From: Malacoraja senta
Taxonomy: Eukaryota
Assembly: GCA_038087875.1 (NCBI GenBank)
Contig: JAXLNO010000438.1
Location: forward strand, 124,001 to 188,000
Direction of reading: 5' to 3'
Length of the DNA stretch: 64,000 nt
A program made the position numbers and the translations under genes. This document shows, one piece after another, positions 23,366-36,904 of this stretch. The notes under the pieces are model-generated. The model was given only the letters and a program-made list of their open reading frames with translations. It did not search any database and was not told the origin of the DNA. Every line of letters starts with the position of its first letter. Position 1 is the stretch's first letter.

Positions 23366-24501
23366 CTGCAATACAAAAATATCACACTTGCTCAGCAAAT
23401 GGCATCTATAAAACAGCTTTTATTCTCAGCCTCAAGGTCAGGAGCAAACAGCACCTATTCACTGCATCAATATTCTTACTTTAAGTCATATGTTTACATT
23501 CTGCACATTTATATTGGGAATAGCCACACACTGCTACTAGGTCCAGAAATGCATAATGTAACTAAAACCTCGTCCATCCCCACTTGAAAAATATTTCCTA
23601 GAAATACCTTCGAGTCCTGAATAAACTAAGGCGATTGTTTATTAGAAATCTAGTAAATAATGGGACCCAACTGGTCGGCATGGACATGGTAGGCCAAATG
23701 GGCCTCTTCCATGTTGTGTGACTCAATGACTCAGTGTTCTCAAATGACCAATTGCTCAATACAATTAAAAATATAGCAAATATTCAATATAAAGCTATTT
23801 ACTTTCTTGCAAGTTACTTGAGATAGAGTAGGAGATAAAGGAGGCATTTGAGACAAAGTAGTGTAATGAACAAAACCAAAGATCATGCACACAAAATATT
23901 TAATTCATTTTAAATACTTCTGTCAAGTACATAGACATTTTGCGAAACACAGACAACACGAAGAGTGAATATTGCAGCAAATATATGACCATTTTGTCTT
24001 CCACCTATGGACAAGAAAATATTTTAAATGGGTCAATTCACTGTCTATGGCCAAGCACTTCTTGATTTGTTTTGTCAGAGACTATGAGTACTTCAACATC
24101 CAGCATTCTGCTTATGTTACACAGAGGAAGCTGCTCGTATCCTCTTTCTCTAAACAAATATTAAATTCAATATACAGCTGATACCGACGTCAAGAATGTG
24201 ATGGAGCAGCTCAAATAATACTCAAAACATTCAACCTCATCCGGAACAAAGCAGGTTACTGGACTGACAGCCTACCCATCAGACTAAAGATGCATTTCCG
24301 GCTGCTGTGCGTACCATTTACAAATGCACTGTAGGTATTTATCCCATGCTACTCCAACAGCAACACCCCCCACCAGCCAAACTCATGACCTCTGCCATCA
24401 AGTAATGCCATCATCACTTGGAATTATACTGCTGATCCTTCATTACTCTAACCTTGCCACCCAACAGTTCTGTGGGAGTATCCCTGGCCCCTGCCTTTGC
24501 G

Positions 24502-24685
24502 GTGTGTGTGCGGTGTGTGTGCGCATGTGTGTGCGCATGTGTGTGTGCGTGCGTGCGTGTGTGTGCTGACGGTCGATCCAGCTTGCGGTTTCATTGCTGA
24601 CGGACGATCCAGCTCGAGGTTTTTCAGGCAAGCTTGAAGGTCGAAGACAGTTGCTGAAAGTCGTATTAGTGGGACAGGCCCTTTA
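24502..24685. mobile_element. (GT/GC)n microsatellite plus right end of a Harbinger-type MITE
   Basis: Ends agtgggacaggcccttta, the same terminus as the MITE at 57879-58105; no left TIR seen. Confidence 0.6.
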
Positions 24686-25689
24686 GCAATCCCCAGCTAC
24701 CAGAAAAATGAATTTAAAAATACAATGATCACATTGAATGGTACACATAAAAAACTAATCCTAAGTACGTGAATGATTAGTATGAGCAGAGGGCATTTGA
24801 GGATTATGTTGTCCTCAAAGTACTTTCTGAATTATACAACATTGAAAGAGTAATTTATTTTGAGATACTAAAATTTCAAAATCTTGATACGGTAAAATGT
24901 AGTTACTATATATTTAAGCTATGTATATTTTGGATCATGAATAATTACATATTCTTCATTTCAAACCAATATCAATCCCAATAGAATAATTCAGCTTCAC
25001 AGCACAGAAGAGCTGGTATAGGTTTGGTATGTTTATTTATCACAATTCAAATTTATGTAATGGTATCCTTCAAGTTAATATACTAATGCCAACCATAACC
25101 TTAATCAGCTAGTTCCCCCAAAATATTTCCAAGTTCACATTTCATATTAGCAATGAAGATACATATCATCCAACAGACTAAAGTGTAACTTGGAAAAAAA
25201 TCCTGATATTTCTACTGGAGTTCTGCATTGTTTGTAACAACTGAAACTCACACCAGTATCTATCAAGAGATGCTGCCAGTCCTGCCGAGTTACTCCAGCA
25301 TTTTGTGTCTACCTCCAGAATCTATTTGATTGTTTCATTAATTTAACACTCTGCATCAGTGCCTACATATGATCGATGATAGTAAAATGGTGCTGTACCA
25401 CCTTAATGTGTTTAGAAAATAATTTACTCTTTCATAAGGATAAACTTTTTTTTTTTTAAGCAGTTGGCCTGGATGTACTCCTTTTTAGATTGTGAAATTG
25501 TATGCCAATCAACTGACCACAAAATCTTTGCCCACATCTTTAACCTCTCACTTTGACAGTCTTCCGTCCCCATCTTCATCAAGAAAGCCTCCATTATTCC
25601 AGTCCATAAGTAAAAGTAAAGTGACCAGTGTAAGCATTGATGCAGAGTTAAATGGCTTAATCAATCAAATAGATACTTGTCTGTGTTTC

Positions 25690-27050
25690 AGTCTCAATGA
25701 CTATATCCCAGTTGCTGTAACATCAACTATAACAGAGTGCTTTGAAATATTTGTAATGCCCACATCTGAGCCAGTCTTCCCTATAATCTACACCTCCTGC
25801 GATACAAGAAAAATAAATTTACAGAGAATACTATCTGCCTTGCACTACATTCAGCTCAGGATCACCTTGATAATAAGAAAACCTAATGTCAGAATGCTAC
25901 TCATTAACTACAGATCAGCCTTCAACACCATAATACCGAATAAGCTCATCGCTAAACATCTCAATCTTGGTTTTGGAGCCTCTTTCTGCAACTGGCTGCT
26001 GGACTTCCTGACTGCCAAACCTCAGTCAGTTAGAATTGGTCATAACATTTCCTTCACCCTGACCTTCAGCACTGGTGTGCCTCCGGTATGTGTGCTCAGT
26101 CCATTGCTCTACCTCCTGTACACCCGTGACTGTGTGGCCATGTATAACAACAACCCGATCTTTAAGGTTGCCAATGATAGTTGCTGGCTGCCACAATAAC
26201 GTGAAAAACAAGCGAAAGATGGAGAACTCTGCGTCATAGTGTTGGGATAACAACCTCGCACTTAACATCAGCAAGAAGAAAATGAGTTGGCCGTTGACCC
26301 AAGGAGATGAGGGAAGGTGGAGGGGGGGAGGGGGTTGTGTAAGTGAACAACCTTGTGCTCATCAAGGAAGCTAGTGTAAAGATAGTCAACAGCTTCAAGA
26401 CATCCATATCACCAACATTGCAATCTCGTTGCTCCACACGACTAAGAAAGCATATTTACTTTTTTCAGACATCTGTAAAGATTCTTGAACTTCTACAGAT
26501 ACGCTCTGGTACATATTCTGATGGCACACCAATTGCTACGGCAACTGCTCTGCTCTTGACCACCTGAGCATGCAGAGAGGGATCAACACTGCCCAGTCCA
26601 TCACAGGCTCGTCACTTTCTTCCATCCAGTCCATCTTCATGGTGCATTCCATCAGGAAGGCTGGAGATATTGCCAAGGGTGTCTGCTCCCTGGCCATTTT
26701 CTTTTCTCTCTTCTACCTTCTGGGAGAAGATACAGGCACTTAAAGCTCAGACATGAGGCTTAAGAGCAGTTTTTCTCTGCTGCTATCAGACTCCTGAACC
26801 ATTCACCCCTTTCAAGTACCACATCAAGAGGTGCTGCCACATCTTAACACTACCTCATTCAGTTATTCCGTTATTATATTTAATATCTTGCACTATTCTG
26901 CTGTTCTGCACTGGTTGTTATACTCATTGTGTAGGAAGGAACTGCAGATGCTAGCTTATACTTATTGCTCTATCTTTACTGTATGTACTTTGTGGGTTTC
27001 GTGTGAGATAGGAATTTCATTGCACCCTGGTGTATATGACAATTAACTCA
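25690..27050 (+). mobile_element. Degenerate Rex1/Babar LINE fragment
   Basis: RT remnant YRSAFNTIIP...CNWLLDFLTAKPQSVRIG...STGVPPVCVLSPLLYLLYTRDC; 3' end aatttcattgcaccctggtgtatatgacaat. Confidence 0.8.
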
Positions 27051-27749
27051 TCCAAATCTAAATCTATGCAGAAATAAGATTCTGATCAAAAGTAGTGTGC
27101 CTCTACACAGGCTAATTGAAACATTATCCCCCCCCATAGCACAGGTTATGAGTAATGGTGAAGTTAAGTTTTATTTATATTACAACATTGCATCCCGGAT
27201 GAATAAACAGAGCCACTGACCCACCTGCTCCTTGCTATAGCAGAAACACAGGAAACAGATCTTTCTCACACAATGCTGGAAAAACAACAACAGTAAAACA
27301 AACCCCATAATAACATGTGAACAGGTTTGTACGTAGCTCCTTGGTTCTGCAAGGCTCCCATTTATTTTGCCAAGAAATGCATTCAGAAACCCCTCCAAAT
27401 GGCAGGAAAATGTCGATTCCCATTCCAGCAGTCATCAACAAACAATGGAAGGTGTCAGTGCTCTTAAATGAGACTTAATAGTCCAAACCTCTTGCAGCTG
27501 TGGTTCACGTTAGCACAAAGAGCTGAGGTGAGCTGATTCAATGCACTTAATACCAAGGCAACATTTGGCTCTGTTCATATCAGGATCTTGATGATAGAAA
27601 GCAAAAGTAATTCTGGAGATCTTTGCAAGGGTTAGTTATAAATTGCTGGGAACTCCGAGCTTGATATTGTACCAAAAGGAGAAACAAGGTATTGGAAACT
27701 GTGCACATCTCAAGCAGTAAGTGCGTGTTCCTTGAAGTGGGCTTTTGAT

Positions 27750-28095
27750 ACTCACTCCCTCTTCATCCCTCTCCCATCAGGTAAGAGGTACAGAATGGTG
27801 AAAATGCATACCTCCAGAATTAGTGACAGTTTCTTCCCAGCTGTTATCAGGCAACTGAAGTATCCTGTCACCAACTAGAGAGCAGACCTCACCTAGCATT
27901 TAGCATCTAGCTCATTGAAAACCCTCGGACTATCTTTAATCAGACTTTATCTTGCACTAAATGTTATTCCCTTTATCCTGTATCTGTGCACCGTGGACAG
28001 CTTGACAGTAATCTAATCATGTATAGTTTTTCACTGTCTGGTTAGAACACAACAAAAAACTTCACTGTAGCTCAATACACATGACAATAATAAAC
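27750..28095 (+). mobile_element. Rex1/Babar 3' end fragment
   Basis: LPSGKRYR...SFFPAVIRQL-like C-terminus and ...atgacaataataaa tail. Confidence 0.65.
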
Positions 28096-28126
28096 TAAAT
28101 TCTATCACATTGACATGCAACAAGTA

Positions 28127-28460
28127 GGGTGGAACATTGGTACATCTGCTCCCTCACAGTGTCAGAGACCTGGCTTCTATCCTGACTGACCTTGACTACC
28201 ATCCATGTGGAGTCTGCATATTCTCCCTGGGACCTACACAGTTTCCTCCCATATCCCAAAGACGGCAGATCCATAGATTAATTGGCCAGAGTAAATTTCC
28301 CAAATTATGCAGGTTAATGGTAGAATTTGTGGATGGAGACAATGTGGGGAAAATAAAATATATAGGATTAACACAGGATTAGTGTAAACGGTGATTGATG
28401 GTCAGTGGGACTTGGTGGACCAAAGAACCTGTTTCCATGCTATATCACTTTCTAACTCTA
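28127..28460 (+). mobile_element. tRNA-derived V-SINE (HE1-like), degenerate
   Basis: V-domain-like gtggagtctgcatattctccctg and CR1-derived tail cctgtttccatgctatatc. Confidence 0.6.
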
Positions 28461-28639
28461 CTGTTTTAATATTACTGCAGTATCCAAATTAAGTAATCTG
28501 CTTGTTGTGGCAATTGGTTGTGATTTTTTTTTAAATTATCACAGTATTCCAGAATTGTAATCTGACCAACACAAGCTCTCCTCACTCATCTGCTGCTTTC
28601 AAATACTCCAAACACACCCCCTATTTAAGTCCTTCTAAA

Positions 28640-29545
28640 TTAATCTAATCAAATAGAGTCAGCATGGCTACAGGAAGGGAAAATGTATCTGACAAATGTC
28701 TTGCAGATTTTTGAGGAATTTTCATCTAGAATGGAGAGAGGGGAACCAGTGGATGTATTGTACTTGAACCTCTAGAAGTCAATAAACTAGGTACTTCACA
28801 AAAGCTTGAATTAAGAGCCAGTGCTGCTGGAGGTAACACAGAGATGTATAGAGAACATCACCAGGCAGTGAATAGGGATCAGGTGTTATTTTCAGGCTGG
28901 CAACCTATGAACCACTTGCCACTCTCCCTCTATGGTGGGTGTGTCCCACTGATAGGACAGCGATGTAATGCTGAGGCTCAATAAGGCGCAGGTCAGGCCA
29001 CATTTGAAGTATTGTGAGCAATTTTGGGTACCATATCTGATGAAGGATGTGCTGGCCCTGGAGAGGAGGTTTACAAGAATGATCCCAGGAATGAGTGGGT
29101 TAACATAGGATGAGCATTTGACGGCACTGGGCCTGTACTTGCTGGAGTTTAGAAGAATGAGGGGGGACCTCATTGAAACATACAGAATAGTGAAAGGTTT
29201 GGATAGAGCGGATGTGGAGAGGATGTTTCCACTAGTGGGAGAGTCGAGGACTAGAGGTTATAGCCTCAGAATAAAAGGATGTTCCTTTAGGAAGGAGATG
29301 GGAAGGAATTTCTTTAGTCAAAGGATGGTGAATCTGTGGAATTCTTTGCCACAGAAGGCTATGGAGGCCAAGTCAATGGATATCTTTAAGGCAGAGATAG
29401 ATAGATTCTTGATTAGTATGGGTGTCAGGGGTTATGGGGAGAAGGCAGGAGAATGGGGTTAGGAGGAGATAGATCAGCCATGATTGAATGGCAGAGTAGA
29501 CCTGATGGGCCAAATACCCTAATTCTACTGCTGTCACTTATGACC
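28640..29545 (+). mobile_element. CR1 (HER1-like) LINE fragments
   Basis: ORF 29118-29462 LEFRRMRGDLIETYRIVKGLDR...NLWNSLPQK; older RT remnant at 28640-28920. Confidence 0.85.
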
Positions 29546-30005
29546 TTGTTTCCAGAATGTTCTCTTAGATCGCTCAAGTCATTAGTCAGATACAAATCCT
29601 GCAGCAAAATAGACCATTGAGTCCTCCCTACTCTCAGAAATCCTAAAGCAATGATCACCTCATTCACATCCTACCCTTGTTCAAGCCTAACATCACTGGC
29701 CCTCAGAACAGATATAACAACGTGGATTCGAAGATGGAGGAAGTATGATAAATGAATCACTTGTTGCAAATACAAATGAAATAATATTTTAAAATAGTGC
29801 CCATTGATGCAAACAAATTAAATCACTCAATATGTTATAGAGCAACAACCAGAATACATAATACTGAACACAACAGGGTAAAAGCTTTTAAACAGGTCAT
29901 GTAGTTTTCTTAAAGAAAAATAAACAAAATGCATGGACTCTATGAGAGGGGAGATTAGTTGTGGAGAAATGGGAGTCAAGGGAAACAGTGGTTTATAGTT
30001 CCTTA

Positions 30006-30586
30006 AAGGCCTGTCTCACGAGTCTGCGGTCATTGGCGGCGAAACGGGAAGAATCTGCCGCCATAGACCGTGCACTCATGAGAACGCACAATTCCGGGGC
30101 CGTGCGGCGGTGTTCCCAACACCGCACGGTGCTAAAATAAAACATACACTGTTGAAAAAAAAATTCCTACCGCACAGCCTCCACCAGTGATGCACGAGTG
30201 CGGCATGGCCGCCCGCACGGCCGCCGCCAGTGTGGCTCGAGCGGCGTGCGTCAAACTTGCACCGCCACAGCCTCCGCCAGTGAGGCACGTGTGCGGCACG
30301 GCCGCTGGCACAGCCACCGCTACAGCGCCGCGATCAGGACGGCCGCCGCCACAGCCGCCGCTAGTGAGTCACGTGCGGCGGGCCGACGTCATCGCAGTCG
30401 GCCCGCCCTTTTTTTTACTTACCACAAGCACGTGGGACCAGCCGTATTTGAATCACTCAGCCCCCGCGCAGCATCCGTGCGGCGCTCCAGTGGATAGGCT
30501 CGGCGCTCTCGCCGTTGCCGTGCGGTCCACTCTACAGGTGAAGCCGCGCTTCACCGCCAATGACTGCAAACACGTAAGACAGAGGG
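30006..30586. mobile_element. GC-rich non-autonomous DNA transposon (PIF/Harbinger-type MITE)
   Basis: Imperfect TIR of about 36 bp: ctgtctcacgagtctgcggtcattggcggcgaaacg vs reverse complement of cgcttcaccgccaatgactgcaaacacgtaagacag; starts ttaaaggcctgtc, like the 57879 MITE. Confidence 0.7.
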
Positions 30587-32699
30587 GGGTACTTAGAGAC
30601 CAATTTGCAACACAGTTACCCCTAGATCTCCATAAGGAACATCCGCATTCCTAGCAGTGCTCTTAATTTTAGCTCTCTTCTACATGTCCTTGAGGCAGTA
30701 AAGCTTTTTGAAGACAGTTTTGCATTATGTAATTTTTAGTCTGAACTGATAAAGAGGAAATAAAACAATCTAAATATTTTTCAAAGCAATATGGAGATGA
30801 TTCAAATGGGTTATATCCAAAACATTTATCACTCGGTGAATGTGATGCTGACAAACCTGCTGAGTACTTTCAACAGAAACAGCAAACCAATCTGAAAAAG
30901 GACATTAACCTGAAATGTCCTGTTTCCCTCCACAGATGCGTTTGGATCTGTTGAGTTCCTCCAGCAGTTTGTTACTCACTCAAGATTCCAGCATCTGTAG
31001 TTCCTTGTCTCTCCAATAAAACAATTACAATTTTTTCCCAAGTTCTCTGCTGTAAAACCTCAGTGAACAATTTCTAGCTTCAATTAAAGCATTTGTTTTC
31101 ACAATTAGCAATAAGCAGAAGCAGCATTCCAGGCAGTGTAAGTGATCCCTGGGTCTCTGGAGCGAGCAGAGGGAAAAAGTAAGCGATGATCCCTTCTCAT
31201 GTTAGATTTCCAGTGACTCATATTGGAAAGTTCATTTTGTAGATGTAGGGGAATGGACAGAACTGGGATTAGATCAGTTTTTCTCCACCACTAAATAGTC
31301 GTCACCACTCAGTGTCTCTTAACAGATCGCAGGCAGTTACTTGGCGATGTACTTGAGACAGACCAGTGCTCATGGAATTATATTCAATCAGGAGCCAGCA
31401 CTCTCTGGAGAGAAAAATAACAGAACAAAAACTGGCAAAGACAAATGCAATGGAAACCTATAATATATGATTATATTACTGCAATCACTCCAATTGGCAG
31501 AGTCACATATAACCCTAGAAACGTTTCATTTCAAATGTTTATTTTTTTTTTTGAATAGTGCATATTTATAGTTTTAATAAAATAACCAGCAGGGATGAAC
31601 AGACCTCTGTGTCACACAGCTAATACGACTCAGCTGCATTGGCAGCAATTTGGAATTAGCCAACTGGTGCCATTTTGACATGTTTTAGCCAAGCCAAGAG
31701 AACTACATGCTCCTCATGTATAACTGCTCATTTGAACCAAAAAGTACAAATGTTGCACATCATATAACATGCCTCATCTACTTCAAAAGACTTTTGCTTA
31801 TCGAGTTAAACGGCGAGACAAATTTGTAGAACTGCACTCAGGTTTTAGTTTAGTGTGTACATCAACTATCATTTTGTAAAAAAAATTGTCAGGTACCAGT
31901 GTCTATTTAATGCACACTAATCAAAGTGGCTTTTACCCAAAGTAAGTTTACATGCTGCCAAGATATTTATGAACATACACAAAAGGCAACACATTTATAG
32001 GAGTGATTAAATCAAATAAAGAGTTGTATGTGTCCAGCTGTTCAAAATGCACAAATTGCAAATCTCAAATATAACCTTCAAATGCTTTAGAAAAAAAAAC
32101 ACGTATCAACAAGTCTCTCAGCGTTGTGCAGAGCGTGCAGCAAAACAAATCCAGAATTCCAGGAACCAATCTACTAGTAAGCTCTTGTTTAGTGCAGTCT
32201 TAGTATATTTCAAGAACCCAAGAAATGCTGGCAGGCAGAAGCGCACTTTTACTTAACAGAGAATAAAGTTAGAGTAAGCTGCATTTGATGCCAATAAATA
32301 CATTTGTCATCATGTGCAAGTCAGAGCTGGTGAGCTGACCTATTTAAAACAAGCTCATCCTTGTTTTAAGTATTACGAAGACATTTTGGTTCGAGACCCA
32401 CTGCCACAGATAGAACATTTCACAAACGGTTTCATATATTAATATAACTGTGACATTTATAATTTCTCCTGCAATAATTGAATGGTCTAGACTGACAGGA
32501 AGAGTACACATTCCCCCAGATAAAGAAAAAGGTAAAAAGGCAAAAAAGACATGAACAAATCTTCATGAGAGAAAAGTTCTGGTTGACTACAAGGAACGCA
32601 AAACTTGTTCCAAGGCTAGTCGGGCAAACAAATAGAATGGTATCGACCCCAAACATCACTAGAGATGCTGCCTGATCTGCTGAGTTATTCCAGCATTTT

Positions 32700-33300
32700 T
32701 ATTTATTTATTTATTTATTCCGAACAAGTAAAGACATTAAAGACATTGATATTAACAAAATCGAAATTATCAAACAATTGAACATTGCAATCAACATTTA
32801 CAAATGAGAAGAACAAAATCAAGGTTCCAATGTCCAACTCAGAGTCTGTACAAGCTCGAAAAGGAGTGAGAAGAAGAATAACTTATTAAATCTCACCCCT
32901 TTTCCCCAACACTTCTATCGTATTTAAAAATCAATTCCTTACTAATAATAGTACTGCCCTAGGCAATTTCCCACAATACATACAGACACATATATACATA
33001 CAACTATTATGTACATACAATCTTCATATTTGAAGTACCCAACATCAGTGAACAATAGTAAACAAGATAAACATCAACAATAGTAACAAGATAAACATCA
33101 ACGATTGTAAACAAGATAAACATCAACCCCCACTTGTCAACCATCCCCTCCATCCCTGTACCCCTTGAGCATTATTTTTTTATATATCATTTTAAAATGA
33201 TTCATGTTTGTGCATTGCTTCAATTCCCCATTCAATTTATTCCACACTCCTACTCCACAAACCGAAATACAAAAGGTTTTTCTAGTCGTTTTGTGTCTAT
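32700..33300 (-). mobile_element. L2-group (Crack/Daphne-like) LINE 3' end
   Basis: KTTRKTFCISVCGVGVWNKLNGELKQCTNMNHFKMIYK C-terminus; 3' stem aaaggggtgaga...tctcactcctttt; (aaat)n tail; internal 24-25-bp tandem triplication at 33050-33127. Confidence 0.65.
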
Positions 33301-33645
33301 CATTAAAAAGGTACCATTGATACACAATATTACTGTAAGAGGTTCTTTTATTGCTACTCCGACAAGAGAGCAGTTAAAAGTGTGAAACCTTATCATTTAT
33401 ACAAGAGCAAATACAGTAAATATTTAATCCAAAAGCAAAAATCTGCAGATACGGGAAAACCGAAATAAGAAACTGAATGTTGTAAATGCAGACAACATAT
33501 GCGGAGAGACAAATGTATTTTTTGCTTCACGTCAATAAACTTGTTGTTTCATTAATCACAGGGAAAGCTGATAGTCTCAAATGAGCAGTGGTGGCAAAGT
33601 ATAAGCAGCTCTGGAAACAATGCAAGGGGAATCAGCAAGGGCTAG

Positions 33646-36445
33646 CAGGGCACTTAACTTTTTTTCCCTGTTGCCAGCTGGGCAACCTAGGCAGCTTTTT
33701 AGGTTGCCAAATGACAGTTTAGGTGGTCATTTAAGATGGTTTGCATGACGCGTGCGATAATGTGCTCGGACGAAGTGCATAGTTACCAGTCGGAATTATA
33801 CTCAATGAAGCATTCACATATTATTTCTGCTTCAAATAAAGTCACAAACTAAACATATTCACCAATCAAGACATGATATATACCACAATGACATGCAGCA
33901 AAATTATAATACAGTATCTCAACTCTTTTTACACATTGCAATTAATGCAATTTATATTAGTTCTTTCCACTTCCAAACAAAAATGTGGTTGGATTATTCA
34001 GCGTATGATCAACCTGTGTCAATAAATCCTGGACCATGGTAACATATATGCTTAACCATGCACACCACAGATTGATGCAAGCATGTTTTCTGTGGACCGA
34101 AAATTACCATGACATGGCCATAGCATGGGCCGTTATTGCTATTGGCACAGAAACACTCTCGCTTCCCACATAATTTATCCATAACAAAATATACAGGTTG
34201 CATGGAAATTTCTAAAGGCATTTTATGATAATAGCTGTTAAAACCGACTATACCCATCTGACAGGTTAAACATTACACTAACTGACAAGAGATGGCCAAA
34301 GGACATAACTGCAGCAAATGTTCTTTTGGTAATATGTTTAAAGGTGTCAAAACGCCACATTACCGGACATTCAGATTAGATGTACGTGTTGTGAATAGCA
34401 ATGAAGATACCCAGTTTGTACGCACCAGATTTTAAAAAAAATTATTGCTAAACGCTGTTTCCATCATTCCCACTTCAGAATTAACGTTAAAATTTCAACT
34501 GAAATATCTCCTGACCAAATTCGTGATGTATATGACTGACTGTAGAAGTAAAACCTGGATAAATCCAACGTATAGTTGTGAATGTTGCTCATTAAATAAC
34601 TACAGTACTGATACTCCATATTAAGAACATTGATTTGCCGTTAAAATGAATTCTGTAATAATGTGTCAACGATAGTAGTGACAATCGAACACTGCGGTTT
34701 TAATGTTTCACGTGTTCACAATTTAATTAATCCATCTTTATGGACTCAAACAAATAATAACATTGGGAATTAAAACACATTTGATTGCATTCCGTTATCA
34801 AACATAGTCAATGTTCGCTCTGAAGACATTTCCAGCATAATAGGGTCAGGGAGGAGGGTGTGTGTGAATCAGTGTGGGGTGGATAGATGGCGGGGCGGGG
34901 GGGGGGGGGGGGGTGGGGGATTGAGGCAGGTGAATTAGTACATGTTGGTTGGAGTATGTAAAATTGTGAGGGGAGAGCACGGGGGATGTCAGTGGTGTTG
35001 AATGGCGGGATCAGTACAGGATGGATGGGGGGGATCAGTACAGGATGAATGGGTGGATCAGTACAGGATGAATGGGGGTAGACAAAAATGCTGGAGAAAC
35101 TCAGCGGGTGAGGCAGCATCTATGGAGCGAAGGAAATAGGCAACGTTTTGGATCGAGACCCTTCTTCAGACTGTTCCCCCCATTCTTCTTGAATGTTGCT
35201 CATTAAATACAGGACAGTACAGGATGGATGGGGGGGGGATGAGCGCAGGATGAATGGGGGGGATCAGTACAGGATGAATGGGGGGGTCAGTACAGTGTGG
35301 ATCGGAGGGTCTGTGCTGGATGAATGGGGGATCACTACAAGATGAATGAGCGGATCGGTACAGGATGAATGGGGGGAATCGGTACAGGATGAATGGGGGG
35401 GATCAATACAGGATGAATGGGGGTTCAGTACAGGATGAATGAGGGAATCGGTACAGGATGAATGAGGGGATCGGTAATAGATTAATGGGATGATCACTAC
35501 AGGATGGATGGGGGGGTTCGGTGCAGGATAAATGGAGGGTGGGTCAGTACAGGATGAATGGGGGGGATCAGTACAGGATGGATGGGGGATCAGTACAGGA
35601 TGGATGGGGGAGCAGTGCAGGATGAATGGGGGGTGCAGTGCAGGACGGATGGGAAGGGGGGTCAGTACAGGATGAATTGGGGGACCAGTGTAGGATGGAT
35701 GGGGGGTGGCAGGAGAATCAATGCGAGGTGGATAGGGTGATCAGCGCAAGGGAGAGGGAGAGGGAGAGGGAGAGGGAGAGGGAGAGGGAGAGGAAGGAAG
35801 GTAGGTCAGTGCTCCTGGGACAACATCACCCCGCTGCCTTGGCCGTCCCTGTCCACCGCCAAGTGCCACCGCCAAATGCCACCGCCAAAGGGAGAGGCAG
35901 TTGGGATCTACTCGCCACCGCCTCCCCTCCTCCGCCAGCGGCAAGGTGCAGGGCCGAACGGTGCAGCTCAAAGATCCTATATCTATAGGATCTTTGGTGC
36001 AGCTGCTTCAGACGGCGGAAGGAGGCCTCCCCCTCCCTCCTCCCGGCCTCGGCATGCGAGAGGGTTTGTTTTGAAAGCGGTTATCGCCGTTAGCGGATTT
36101 GCAAGCAGCGGCCGCTATCAGGGCGGGCGGGGTACGGGAGGAGGAGGTGGAGCCGCTGTCGTGGCCGCTGCTGCTGCTGTGCGGAGCCCGTCATTCACTC
36201 CAACCCTTCGTCACCCCGCACCTGGTATCTTTGCCCCACACTACAGCCGTCGCCGACACGAAACGTCACATTCCTTTTCTCCAGAGATGCTGCCTGACCC
36301 GCTGATTTACTCCAGTTTTTTGTGTCTATCTTCGGTATAAACCAGTATCTGCAGTGCCAAGCCGGGCAAAATGACTCGCCATTTAGGTTGCCCGGCAGCA
36401 CTGGGTGGTCATTGGCACCCGGACAACCGCTAATTTCGAGCCCTG
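33646..36445. mobile_element. 2.8-kb non-autonomous TIR DNA transposon (hAT-like CAGGGC termini)
   Basis: Begins cagggc, ends gagccctg; subterminal ggcaac/gttgcc repeats at both ends; ctag on both flanks; left ~370 bp recurs inverted at 59605-59984; no transposase ORF seen. Confidence 0.7.
35008..35710. repeat. G-rich minisatellite, unit about 21-24 bp (gatcagtacaggatgaatggggg)
   Basis: More than 20 diverged tandem units, interrupted by a Penelope terminus at about 35079-35172; followed by (gagagg)n at 35751-35792. Confidence 0.9.
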
Positions 36446-36904
36446 CTAGTGAGAGGAGCGGGGAATGTAGCTGTGATCTGAAACTCGGTGTCTGTAAAGA
36501 TGCTGGAAATAAAAGACAACCACAGATTTTAAAATGAAATTGGACAAGAACTTGAGGATAAATGTTTATCCTCAGGAAAAAGTACAGGGAAATTGGATCA
36601 ATCTGCAGAGATCCACGATGTACTTATCAAACAAATTGATGATTCTATTCTATAGTTCCATTACAAATCTTGGCTTTGATACAGTAGTGTACAGCAGTGG
36701 AGAGGATAATGGTTAGATCAATCTTGCAATATTTAATGATTGCGAAATGATTAACAGGAATAGGAAGTTTCAATGTACCGATTTAAACAAAACCTAGGCA
36801 ACATAATTGCGGTATCCTAGTTTTTTGAGCTTACAATCTGAAGATTTTTTTTGCCACTGGTTTTGCAAAGTTAGAAAGCAGTCTGACATCAAGGTTTATT
36901 TGAA

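Noticed and set aside
30076..30654. Overlapping Ala/Arg/Pro-rich ORFs
   Set aside because: Lie inside a GC-rich MITE; long ORFs are expected from low stop-codon frequency.
35008..35710. CRISPR-like array
   Set aside because: Vertebrate DNA; head-to-tail units with no unique spacers and no cas genes. It is a minisatellite.
35626..36401. GC-rich ORFs or CpG-island promoter of a host gene
   Set aside because: Inside the 33646-36445 TIR element and partly translated from simple repeats; no exon homology recognised.
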